Assembly (NCBI RefSeq): GCF_006345805.1
Contig: NC_042998.1
Span: 85,188,001 to 85,252,000, forward strand
Direction of reading: 5' to 3'
Source of the DNA: Octopus sinensis
Lineage: Eukaryota
DNA length: 64,000 bases
Shown here: positions 26,801 through 39,010 of the stretch, in pieces
How positions within the stretch are numbered: the stretch's first letter is position 1
Layout: every line of letters starts with the position of its first letter
The notes under the pieces: model-generated
Databases searched by the model: none
What the model was told of the DNA's origin: nothing
What the model saw: the letters and a program-made list of their open reading frames with translations, nothing else
Translations under genes and position numbers: made by a program

Positions 26801-29045
26801 GACAAGATTCCTCTACTGCAATGGGTGTAGTACTAAGAGAGGTGACTAACAATTATTACATTGAGGTTCCTTTTGATATGAAATGTATTTCAAAGGTACC
26901 CTAGAGTAAAATGTTTGAGAAACATTGCTGTCTAATCAAACAGAAAGCTAAGACCAAAATTTAGAACTTGCTCGCTTTGTATCTTGCTACTAGAATTGTT
27001 TGTGACCAAAAACACTTAACTCTCAACTGGTTTGGACTACTACCTAGCTTTCTACTGATAGTGTGCACAGGTGCAGCTCACCAAAGAATGTAGTGTTTGG
27101 ATGGTTTGTAGAGCTGAGTTTAAATCCTTATTGTATATCCTGACCATAAATGGAAGTCTGACAACAGCCTAGACTCACTATAGCCTATTTTCAGAGAATC
27201 TTTAGAAAGAACATGTTGATGTTAGCTCATCATAGTTTATGAAATTGTGTATGTGGAAAACTGAAAAAAAGAAAGAAAGTGGGATGAGGTAAAAAATATA
27301 GATCTGAGAGAAAGAGCATACACTAGAACAGTGAGGTAAGGATAGATGCTGAGAGAAGATATACGGCTGCCAACAGAGCAGAAAGTGGAAGAGACTAATG
27401 CATTTAGTAAGAGAGTGCTTCAGGTAATTAAATAAAAAGAGCAGACCTATGTAAGCAACAGAAAATATTTTATATTAATTGTGCTTTTAAGGTGTTGTAG
27501 ATGTAATCTTATTTTGGAGTTAACTTGATTTTTAGATAATTAATTAAAAGAAAAAGCTCAGGCTTCTTATCAGCACTGTAGGCCCTTCCATACTAGTGCA
27601 AGGTTGATGTTCAGTTTGAATTCATATAAGCCAATGTTTGTGAGAAAAATACCAGTCGAGAGAGTATTTTAAAGAGACACAGTCCTAAAAAGGAATGGTT
27701 AGATGGACTGTTTAATGTGAGAGTTTGAGGGGAAGTTGAGAGAACTGGGATCAAAATTAGTGAAGATAGATATGTATTGGGTGGTATTCAGCTTGCTATA
27801 ATTCAGAGAACTAAGACACATATTTGTGAAATAGCAACTGTAATGCCATCAGATTAATGAATGATAGCCTTTTGATGAAATCCTTTATAAGCATTATTTA
27901 CTTGTCTTTTTTTGTTTGATGATACAAAAGTGGTTTCCCAGTGATTCCTTTGAGTTAAATTTTTATAAGACACCATCTTGTCAGCTAGGTACAGGAATAT
28001 TTGCCTCAGATACCTCAGAACATAAAAAGCTGGAATGAATACCATGAAAGCATTTTGTCCACAGCTCTAAATATTCCGTCTATCTGCTGCCAGGACCGGA
28101 ACTTTATTTTATTGACCCCCCCAGAAGGATCAAAAGTAAATCAAACCTTGGTGAGATTGAACTAAGAGCATAAAGAGCCACATCAAATGAGGCCAAGTAT
28201 TTTGTCTGAAGTGCTAACAACTTGCTGCTCTGATAGCAGCGTATTGGAGATTAAGTCTTACCAATCAACTATACTCTAGTGTGTGTGTGTGTAGCATGAT
28301 CTTAAATACAAGAGCAGTAGTACCACCATTTGTATTGCACTGGAGCTTTATAGACCTAGCAGTTGATTGGAGCTAAGTATTTTCTGTTTGTGAAAATAAT
28401 GGCTTGAAGTAGATAAGGCCATATTGTTATATGTAAGGTGGCCACATGAGAATACATCAAACAAATTTTAAAACAAAAAGCACCTAATGTATGACAGGTA
28501 TTTAGTAATTCAATATATCTAGTTGTTAATATTTTAATAAATTCTGAAGTAATATGTTCAAGATTATTCATTGCAGAATTTCAAAGTGAAAATCAAATAT
28601 CTACAACAGCAAGTTGTCCCTTTCACCTAATCTAGGAGGGCTTTAAAAATGCTATGTATTCTGGCTCACTTGAGGGGACTAAGCAATTTTTTAACAGTAG
28701 AAGTGGTTGAGTTCTGCAGGTTTCTTGCATTTTCAAATTATATTTCAGAATGTATATTTATGAATACATTAATATAACCATGACTAAAAAATTAATAAAA
28801 AGAAATTACTAAAGATCTTCAAACATTTTGATGCACCTGTTGGACCATTTTAGCAAAATCTGAAATTTGTTTTTGCGACTTGCAAAATTTCTTTTTGTGA
28901 TTCCTTTCAAAACCTGACCAAATGCCATTTCTCAATAACAACAGATACACAGAATGTAGCAAAACTAGGTATTCTGGTTTGGTATACTCCTTAAATAGTT
29001 ACTCTTAGTGTTACTGACTGCTAACACAAATTACATTTGACTTAC

Positions 29046-29105
29046 CTGAAGATAGTTTACTTCCTCAGAACAAGAAACAAGAACATCAAGGGACAAATCT
29101 ATAGA
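29046..29105 (-). CDS. Candidate 60-nt internal exon of the unidentified gene
   Basis: Acceptor ctaatttaccttatAG, open phase 0-0 SIDLSLDVLVSCSEEVNYLQ, consensus donor CAG|GTAAGT. Confidence 0.45.
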
Positions 29106-31804
29106 CTATAAGGTAAATTAGTCTGGCACTACATTAAGTCTCTCTCTCTCTATCACTTTAAAATTTTGAACGACAAAACACAGGTATTTATGAATATTTT
29201 TGTTTCATAAAACCATTTCAGAATGATTGTTTGATGAAAAATAAAACAATGCCAAACTTATGAGAGAAAAAAAGAAAGAGAATGAGACAAATACTATCAT
29301 GTTATAAACTATAAACTGTAGTAATGCTTTTTTACTAAATTGGAAATAAGAGAGTTTGCTGATAAAGTAGACCTGTGTTGAATTTAGATTTCATGTATAA
29401 GGAATGGAATGTTTTAGTGTTAAGATACACTAAAAGCTTTATTAATTATCTTTTAATGACCAAGTGGTCATTTACAATATACTAATTTTATAATTACCTT
29501 TATGTCGTGTACTAATATTAATTTAATTTCTTTCTTTTAAATTTGGATTAATTAAAACATAAATTACATTTGAGAAAAGAAGAGAAACAATGGCCAAAAT
29601 GGTCAATTTATTATTACTGTTAAAAGTAATTAGTCATTAAAGAAGAACTACCTACCTAATAGTAATTATTTGTTGCTTTTGTTTTGTTTGTTTATTAAAA
29701 GTCAATCAATTATAAAAGAAAAAATAATAATTAAGTCAGGATAAAAGTAAGAAATTGTGAAGTTCCTTTTAATAGCACAGATCAATGATTTCTCACACTA
29801 TCTGGTTGTTTAAACATTCATAGGTAAGCAAAAAAAAAAAAATGTAGCATGCCTTCCCAGACCAAAACTGCATTGACAGAAATTTGTCGAAAGCATGAGT
29901 AAAATATAAAAACAGTTACATAAAAAAAAAATTGAAAAGCCGTTCAAAAAAAGTTGAATTTGAAATAATGCATTAATATATATCACACCGGTATAGATAG
30001 ATCAGTTCTTTTTTCTTTTTGTTTGTTTGTTTGTTGTTTTCAGGGAATGAAGAAAAGAAATTTCATTGCTTGGAGGAAAGGTTAAAAAAAAAAAAAAAAA
30101 GAAAGAGGAGGAAAAAGACCAGTCACTGGGATCATAGTTGAGTAGGTCAGTTGAGTTTAAAAGAAACAACAAAAAAAGGTGTAGTAGGTAGTTAGAGAGA
30201 ATGAAACAACTGTAAGGTAAATGTCAAAAATGTTTGGGGCTACAAGAAACAGGAGAGGAACATTGAATGAACTTAACACAACAACAACAAAAAGAATAAT
30301 AATGAGTGTTTCATGAAACAATGTTAAAAAAAGACAATGCACAAAATAAAAAGCAAGTTAAATTTTTAAATTTAAAATCCAATTTAGGATAAAAGAAAAC
30401 CCCAAAAGTGTATTTAAATAGTCAATTCCCCACAAGTATAATATGATTTGGACGTAATATAGATGTTGTTAGATCAGCAGTGAGAGAGAGAGAAAGAGAG
30501 AGAAAGACATAGATGCTGTTTAACACAATTTTACTAGTCAAGAATTTTGGGTGATGCTGATCACAATCTCATTAATATCCTGCTTCCTTATTGACATCTG
30601 ATGGGCAAGTAACCCTTGTTATCCATTTGAAAAATTTGTCCTTCTAAGCAAGTTGGAAAAAAAAAAGATAAAAAACAGGAGCAAAAGAAAAAAAAAGATT
30701 AAATAAATAACAAGGGTTTTTGTCAATCATAGTTGGTTGGTTTGAATGCTTAAAAATTAAATAAGAAATATACAATAAAAGATATATATATTACTAGCTT
30801 TTTGTTGTTGTTGTTGTTTCAGTGTTGAAAAATCTAGCATGAGTAAATAAAATAAATAAAGACTACTCTGCCAGTTTTGAGAATTGGGTAATATTAATGT
30901 TTTTCTTTCTTTTTTTTTTTCAGTTTGGCATGATTGAAATGGTTGCTCCATTTACAAACTGAATATCAAAGAACAAGCAATGTCACTGATCATGCACTAC
31001 TGATCTACAGCAATGCTGGTAGCCAGAAGCTTTTTTTTTTTTAAATATCTTTTACCATTCTTACAGGAGCAAATAAAAAAAAAAAAAAAGAAAACTCAAG
31101 GAGTGAAACAATACAAAGCTGTGTCATTTGTTAGAAATGACAACTTGACTGGTTTTTTTTTATTTTATTATTATTCAAGAACCAAAGAAGCAGTTCTTCC
31201 AAAAGTAGCAAGATGTCAGCACCGGTTTCTTAGAGAGTTGAGACAACGCTTATAAGGCGCAGGGAATTACCGAATTATTAATAACAGAGGTTACTATGTC
31301 TCATTATAAGGACAGATATGATTCCTTTAAAAAAGGAAAATACAAAGTTTTTACAGTTTGTTTTTAAAGATGAAGTCAATATCTTTTGTTTTGTGTGTTT
31401 CTTTTCTTCTTTATATTTTTCCCATTAGCAGAAAATTTTAAAAAATAATTTTCACAACTAAAAAAAAAAAATGACGATGAAAAAAAAATAATTGGAGATA
31501 AAACCAAGAAATAATATGGTTGTTGCTAATGTACAGGTTTTTCTTTAAAAAGAAAAAGGTAAATAATTTGTTTAGCACAGTTTAATTGATTTAAATATTT
31601 GAATTGGTAAGACTATTTGAAGAAAAAAAAAATGATGGATTGAAAGGTACAGATTGTGTAGCTTTTGGGATCATGAAAAGAAATTCTCAGAAAACATGTT
31701 TCAGAAGGAAAGATGGACCTTAAACTAGTTTTTAGAGTTTTAATGTAAAAACAGTTATATATTTTCTGTATAATAAACAACAAAATAATTCTTTCTACTA
31801 TAGG

Positions 31805-34800
31805 CATAAGGCCTGGAATTTTGGGGGAAGGTGCTAGTTGACCCCAGCACTCAACTGGTATTTATTTTATTGACCCTGAAAGGATGAAAAGCAAAGCTGA
31901 CCTCAACAGAATTTGAACCCTGAATGTAAAGTGTCAGAAGAAATGCCACTAAGCAATTTTTTCCCAAAATCCTAACAATTCTGCTAGCTCACCATCTTTA
32001 ATAATTGCTTCAAATTTTGGCATAAGGTCAGCAATTTTAAGGGAAGGAGTTAGTCAATTACATTGACCCCCAGTGCTCAACTGGTACTTATTTTATTGAT
32101 CCTGAAAAGGTGAAAGGTAAAGCTGACTTGACAGAATTTGAAACCAGAATTTGAAAGTGTGGGGAAAAATGCCACTAAGCATTTTATTTGATGCACTAAT
32201 GTTTCTGCCAGCTGATCACCTTAATAATAATATTTGCTTTATCATTGTAATAAAAATAAATATTCCTGATAATAATGATGACTGCATGAACATGGCTATA
32301 TTAAGAACATTGTTATTAGCACAGTATAAACCTTAAGTCTTGAATAATGTTGTTCAGATTTTCTAAGCTGCTAGTTTTATCCCATTAACATTAAATATAT
32401 ACATCTCATAAGACTGTTTTTTGAAGTGCAAGCAATTAATGTTGTCATTCTCTTTTCTTTCCTCACAAACACTTTCCTATTGTACATTTAATGTCAATCA
32501 AAATATTTTCTTTCTTCCTGTATTTCCCTGCTCAAATACAAGTAGGAAATGTCTATTATTTGAGCAGTTGCTTTTTCTTACAACTGAAAGCTCTTTCAAC
32601 AGTAACTATGAAGGAGGTTTGAAATCATGACCTTGTGGTTAACAAATAGTGCAGTACCTTAACCACATAGGCACTGTGCCTCTAATTAAAATTTTCCTTC
32701 ATTCATTCACATCTACATTCTGTTGGTTTAACTTTTTGCCTTTTCTTTTTTTTTATGAAAACTCTCGTTTGTGATACTAAAATCAAGAAATGGAATGTGC
32801 CATTATTGACTTTCTCATTAAAAAGATGTAACTATTGCAAGTAAATGAATCTAAAAACAAGAGATTTTAGTTCTTTATAAACTTTAATTTGATGTCAAAT
32901 TTTCAAAGTTTGACATCATCACTGTACTGGATGTTTGTTGAATTTTTTTTAAAAGCCAACTAAAGTTGGAATATATTAAAAGTAAAATAATAATAATACT
33001 AATGGTTTCAAATTTTGCCACAAGGGCAGCAATTTTGGGGAAGGGGATGAGTTGATTACATCCACCCCAGTTCAACTGGTACTTATTTTATTGATCCTGA
33101 AAAGGTGAAAGGTAAAGCTGACTTGACAGAATTTGAAACCAGAATTTGAAAGTGTGGGGAAAAATGCCACTAAGCATTTTATTTGATGCACTAATGTTTC
33201 TGCCAGCTGATCACCTTAATAATAATATTTGCTTTATCATTGTAATAAAAATAAATATTCCTGATAATAATGATGACTGCATGAACATGGCTATATTAAG
33301 AACATTGTTATTAGCACAGTATAAACCTTAAGTCTTGAATAATGTTGTTCAGATTTTCTAAGCTGCTAGTTTTATCCCATTAACATTAAATATATACATC
33401 TCATAAGACTGTTTTTTGAAGTGCAAGCAATTAATGTTGTCATTCTCTTTTCTTTCCTCACAAACACTTTCCTATTGTACATTTAATGTCAATCAAAATA
33501 TTTTCTTTCTTCCTGTATTTCCCTGCTCAAATACAAGTAGGAAATGTCTATTATTTGAGCAGTTGCTTTTTCTTACAACTGAAAGCTCTTTCAACAGTAA
33601 CTATGAAGGAGGTTTGAAATCATGACCTTGTGGTTAACAAATAGTGCAGTACCTTAACCACATAGGCACTGTGCCTCTAATTAAAATTTTCCTTCATTCA
33701 TTCACATCTACATTCTGTTGGTTTAACTTTTTGCCTTTTCTTTTTTTTTATGAAAACTCTCGTTTGTGATACTAAAATCAAGAAATGGAATGTGCCATTA
33801 TTGACTTTCTCATTAAAAAGATGTAACTATTGCAAGTAAATGAATCTAAAAACAAGAGATTTTAGTTCTTTATAAACTTTAATTTGATGTCAAATTTTCA
33901 AAGTTTGACATCATCACTGTACTGGATGTTTGTTGAATTTTTTTTAAAAGCCAACTAAAGTTGGAATATATTAAAAGTAAAATAATAATAATACTAATGG
34001 TTTCAAATTTTGCCACAAGGGCAGCAATTTTGGGGAAGGGGATGAGTTGATTACATCCACCCCAGTTCAACTGGTACTTATTTTATCAATCTTGAAAGGA
34101 TGAAAGGCTAAGTTGACCTCAACAGAATTTGGACTCAGAACATAGCGACAGACAAAATACTGCTAAATATTTCACCCAGCATGCTAACGATTCTGCCATC
34201 TCGCCGCCTTGATAATAATAATAATTATCATCATACTATTTTGGCACAAGGCCAACAATTTTGGGGAGTGGGTAAGTTAATTACATTGGCCCCAGTGGTC
34301 AACTGGTACTTATTTTATAGACCCCAAAAGGATGAAAGATAAAGTCAACCACGGCAGAATTTGAATTTAGAACATAAAGAATGATGAAATACTGCTAAGG
34401 ATTTTATCTGACATGCTAGTGAATCTGCCAGCTTGCCATATTAATAATAATAATCATTTAACGTTTGTTTTCCATGCTGGCATGAAGGCTCTGACAAGCT
34501 GTAGAGCTGTGTCAAGCACCAATGTCTGCTTTGGTTTCTATGACTTGATGCCTTTCCTAATGTCAACTACTTCACAGTGTATACTACTAATACTAACTGT
34601 TTTGAACCTACAAGGCCTGAAGTACTTGAATGGTATTTTAGTTTATTGACCTCATAAGATGAAAAGCAAAGCTTGCTAATGATTCTGCCAGTTTGTTGCT
34701 TTAATAATAATAATCTTTTCTACCCTAGGTACAAGGCCCAAAATTTTTGGGGAGGGGGCCAATTGATTAGATCAACCCCAGCACACAACTCATACTTAAT

Positions 34801-35100
34801 TTATCAACCCCAAAAGAATGAAAGGCAAAGTCGATCTCAGTGGAATTTGAACTGAGAATGTAAAGACAGTATTTTGTCCACCATGGTAATGTTTCTACCA
34901 GCTCACTGCTGTAATAATAATGATCCTTTTCTACAACAGGCACAAGACTGAAATTTTGGGAGTGGAAACCAATTGATTACATCAACCCTAGCATTTGACT
35001 GGTACTTATTTTATTAACCCCAAAAGGATGAAACATAAAGTTGACCTTGGAGGAATTTGAACTCAGAACATGAAGACAGATGAAATGCAACTAAACATTT
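31805..35100 (-). mobile_element. Head-to-tail array of about 8 family-B SINE copies, all on the minus strand
   Basis: Copies at about 31805-32000, 32015-32220, 33010-33215, 34010-34210, 34240-34440, 34610-34700, 34725-34910 and 34935-35100, separated by (AAT)n. Confidence 0.85.
32077..34086. repeat. 995-bp direct tandem duplication
   Basis: 32077-33071 repeated at 33072-34066; ORF-track pairs offset by exactly 995 with identical translations. The 20-mer tcaactggtacttattttat occurs at 32077, 33072 and 34067. Confidence 0.95.
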
Positions 35101-35436
35101 TGTCCTCTGCTCCACCAGAAAAATAAAAAAGTTTACCAACCTATTTCACTAAAAATGCCATAATTTATAAACTTCAACAATAATTATAAGGTGACAGCAC
35201 CAGACACTGAGTGTATGTAACATCTTGTGTTGCATTCAAGGCAGTAATGTTTATTAATTCCTCTTTAACTTTAGTTAGAGCAAGGTAAAAAATGTTTAGA
35301 AGAGAGGTTATCCTGAGGTTTGGTGACAAGCCTCTTTAATCACAAAATTTATCCTTAGGATTCATGCAGAATACCAGATAGTACTTTTCTGTAGGTCAAC
35401 AATATGTCTCAATTCCAACATTGTGCCAAACACATC

Positions 35437-35467
<31 letters not shown>

Positions 35468-37522
35468 GTTGTTGTTGTTAAAGAGGGAAGGGCACCACCT
35501 GTGACACTTTTCAAAGCCTCAAAGACTTTTGGAAGGAAGTTGTCTTTAGCCTTGTAACTTAACCAGAATGCTTGCAACAGAGCAAACTCTGTGGCAGTCA
35601 CAGGCCAGACTAAGTTTATCAAACAAGAATAGGAATGGTTACACCAATGATTTTTCACATGGTTTCTGTCTACCATATTTCATTCACAAGACACTGGTCA
35701 ACTTGAGGCTCTGATAGAAGACACGTCTAAGATACCACATAGTAACATTAAATCTAAAACCATATAATTGTGAAGCAAACTTCTTAACCAAGAGGTTATA
35801 TCTACATCCCATAATTAATCAGAGTAATATATTGTAAGTAAAATATTTACTAAAAGTGTTTAAACTCCTTCTCTCTAGTAGGTAAAGTACAAGACAGCAA
35901 ATATTTTTAATATGATTCTCCTTATATATTAAATTGTTAAAATTCATAATAAATGCTGTCAAAGAGGTGTGTAATTTTTACAGTATCCTGAATAGAGTAA
36001 ATTGTTAAAACTGATATTTAGCTAAAAGACAAAACAGTTAGTTATTAGAATGCTTGGCATAATAAGGAAACATATTTCGGCAGAAGGACAAGGGAAAAAC
36101 TCAGAACATTTGTATCAAGCATTCTGAGAAAAAGTGTAGCAAAGGAAAGGATGCTGGCAAGTAATTTTAGTAAATGTTGATTAAATAAACCACTGAGGAA
36201 AAAAGTGTAAATGTTTAACTAAAATTGAAGACAACCCACCAGGAGGATGATGTTATTGTAAAGACATGAAATATATTGAAAAGATTGTATTTATGAAATG
36301 TATTTTGAGAAGACAATAAAAAAAAAAAAAATCAAAACCGGAACAAAAAGAGAAAAAATTAAAAACAGAGCATTGTTTTCAAGAGTTGCAGACAATATTT
36401 GATCAGACATTGGGGAAGATGTGATAGTATAAGTGGTTCTTGCAGAATCAAAAGCACCGGTTTATGTATGAATTCTAAAATTAAAAAAAAATCATTTAGA
36501 ATCAAAAGTTGCATTAATGATTGCAAACTTACATTTGAAAGGAGTCGCTCACCCCAAAGAAAGAGTTATGAGATTTATGAGAGGAAACACCAAACACTAC
36601 ACATAAAGTATAAAGGAAGCCATTTGTGAAAGATATGTAATTTGTAGACTGCAGTTGAATGATAAAACAAAAATAATTCTGGTACTTATGAGTAATCCAA
36701 GAAAATGAGCAAGGGAGGGGGATGAGAAGTAGAAATTAACACCGAATTAACATTATAATAAGAACTACTATAGCTACTTAATATTTAGAAGATAATACAA
36801 TTCACATCAATATAAATTTGTTACTCCATAGATATGTTGTACTAGATGTTTTTTAACAGTTCCAAAATACACACACTTACGTAGCAGAGGAAATAGTTCT
36901 TACAGAACCAAAAGCACCGGTTTAAATATGATTTTCTTAGAATCAGATTTACATGAAAAATAAATAAAAAGGTCAACAATATGTTCCCATTCACTGGTTC
37001 TACACCGGGACCTTGGCCAAGATAGTTAAAGTTTGCTGGTCACCTTAGATGTACACAAGTACATCTCACTGCTGTAAGCCGGCAGCAAGGGCACTATAAA
37101 AGTAATAAACACTATTTGTTACTTTGCAAGCTTGATTAAAGTCTTTGCTTGGGCCTGGTATAAGCAATGAGAAAACTACTCCAGTTTATTTTTACCAAGA
37201 GATTCTGATATGATCAAGATCAGCAGAATTTGTCACCCTTTGATATTGTAAACAAGTAAAGCTGTAGAAAGCAACAACAGAAATATGAATGACACTTAAT
37301 TTCAGTGTTGTGTTTTGAAGTTGCTGCAGTGACAAAGATTAAATATGAGTATGGAAGTTCAACAGGGATCTAATCAACAGTTCACAGTTACCAGAAGGTA
37401 AAAATATATATATATATAAAAAAAAAAGATGAGGAAAAGTACTTGATACAAGATCATAGAATATCTAATATTTGTTTGATAACAGACACTGGTGTAAAGG
37501 GAAGATATGAATCAATAGAGGA

Positions 37523-37565
<43 letters not shown>

Positions 37566-38699
37566 GAAGTAAAGAGAAAAATTAGCAAATGATGAAGACG
37601 AAGAAAATATTATAGATGGTTGGTAAAAGTCTGAAAAATCATAACATGTCAGATAATGTTGATGAAACAGGAATTTGAGAGAAGAAATTATAGAACATGA
37701 TAATACATCATCATTATTATTATTGTGGTTATTATTATTATCATGGAAGTAAATCACATGAAAATGTATTCTAAACATCAGAATGAAATAGCAAAAGTAA
37801 GAAGAAAAAAAAAGATTTAGAAAATGTTTTAATAAAACTTTAAAAAAAAAGAAATGAAGTAAAAAAAAAAAAATTGCAACCATTCATTAAGGTGCAGAAT
37901 TGTTTAAATCATAAAAATAAACATGAAATTCAAGAGTGTTGATGGCTTACACAAAGCCATAAATATTTATCAAAAAAACAAAAACTTGTTCTAGTTAAGT
38001 GGAAAGCAATATTATGAGGTTCACACCTTTGTCAGAAGCATCAGAGACAAGAGAAATGGGACACAACTAGGGTTAAAGAATTCCCCACACAAATTGGGTA
38101 ATAATAAATTTGAAAGAACTGAATGAAAATTGTAGGAGATATATGAATGGGTAAGGGACAGAATCTACAAGCTGGAAATTTAATCAAGATATTGTTACAA
38201 ATAAAGCTTAGTCAAAGCTAACTAAAAGAAATCAACAGATGTAACAAACAATTAACAGATATTTATAGCATACACAGAATGAATAATCAATCATATTTAG
38301 ATGATTTGTAAGTTAAATCTAATAATATAGATCACAAGTAAAAAGAAAAGTCTAAGTCAAAATTGAAGACAAAACTGCATTAAAATTCACATCAGTCATT
38401 AAACTGAAAGCATTGTTAAGTAATGTTCCAATCAGCAAAATTTCTGATATTAGAAGTTATTCAAGAATTTGGGATTAAGAACAAAATTATTCTTCCTAAC
38501 AACAGATAGGTAACCAAGTACAATTCTTCAAAATTATATCAACTCTTGCTTCAAGACAACTCACTGACTGGAAATGCAAATACATGCTCATATGGAGAAT
38601 AAAATTTTTCCATATAATATGATTTTGAATCAAGGTCTGGAATATACTACATGGAATGTTAACCGATTTAGGTACATAAACAGACCTGTACTGGTATGA

Positions 38700-39010
38700 A
38701 CATAGCCATCACATGCAAGCATAGATGACTCAGTAGTCAGTATGTTGTATTTACCAATTGTTGTAGGTGCCTGTGTAATCAGGCACCCTCTTGGCCCTCT
38801 CACACTTGATCCAGCAGAACACCAAGGATGTGACAGCTGGAAGAAGAGAAGGTTGCACCAACAGCTGGCAGGTACACATTTTCAGCTGAGTAAACTGGAG
38901 CAACATGAAATGATGTGCCTTACCCAAAAGTACAACATGCCACCCGACTTCAGAATCAAGCCCATGACATTATGATCATGAGGTCAACATCCTAACCACT
39001 AGGCCACACA
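38700..39010 (-). mobile_element. tRNA-headed SINE of another family
   Basis: Minus-strand head gtgtggcctagtggttagg (A-box-like); plus-strand agctgagtaaactggagcaacatgaaat..tgccttacccaa body. Confidence 0.55.

Noticed and set aside
31805-35100. Repeat-spacer-like array (CRISPR?)
   Set aside because: Eukaryotic context; units are about 200-bp divergent SINEs with irregular spacing and there are no cas genes.
35362-35676. 104-aa minus-strand ORF
   Set aside because: Spans a SINE fragment and an (AAT)n tract; no splice support or recognisable domain.
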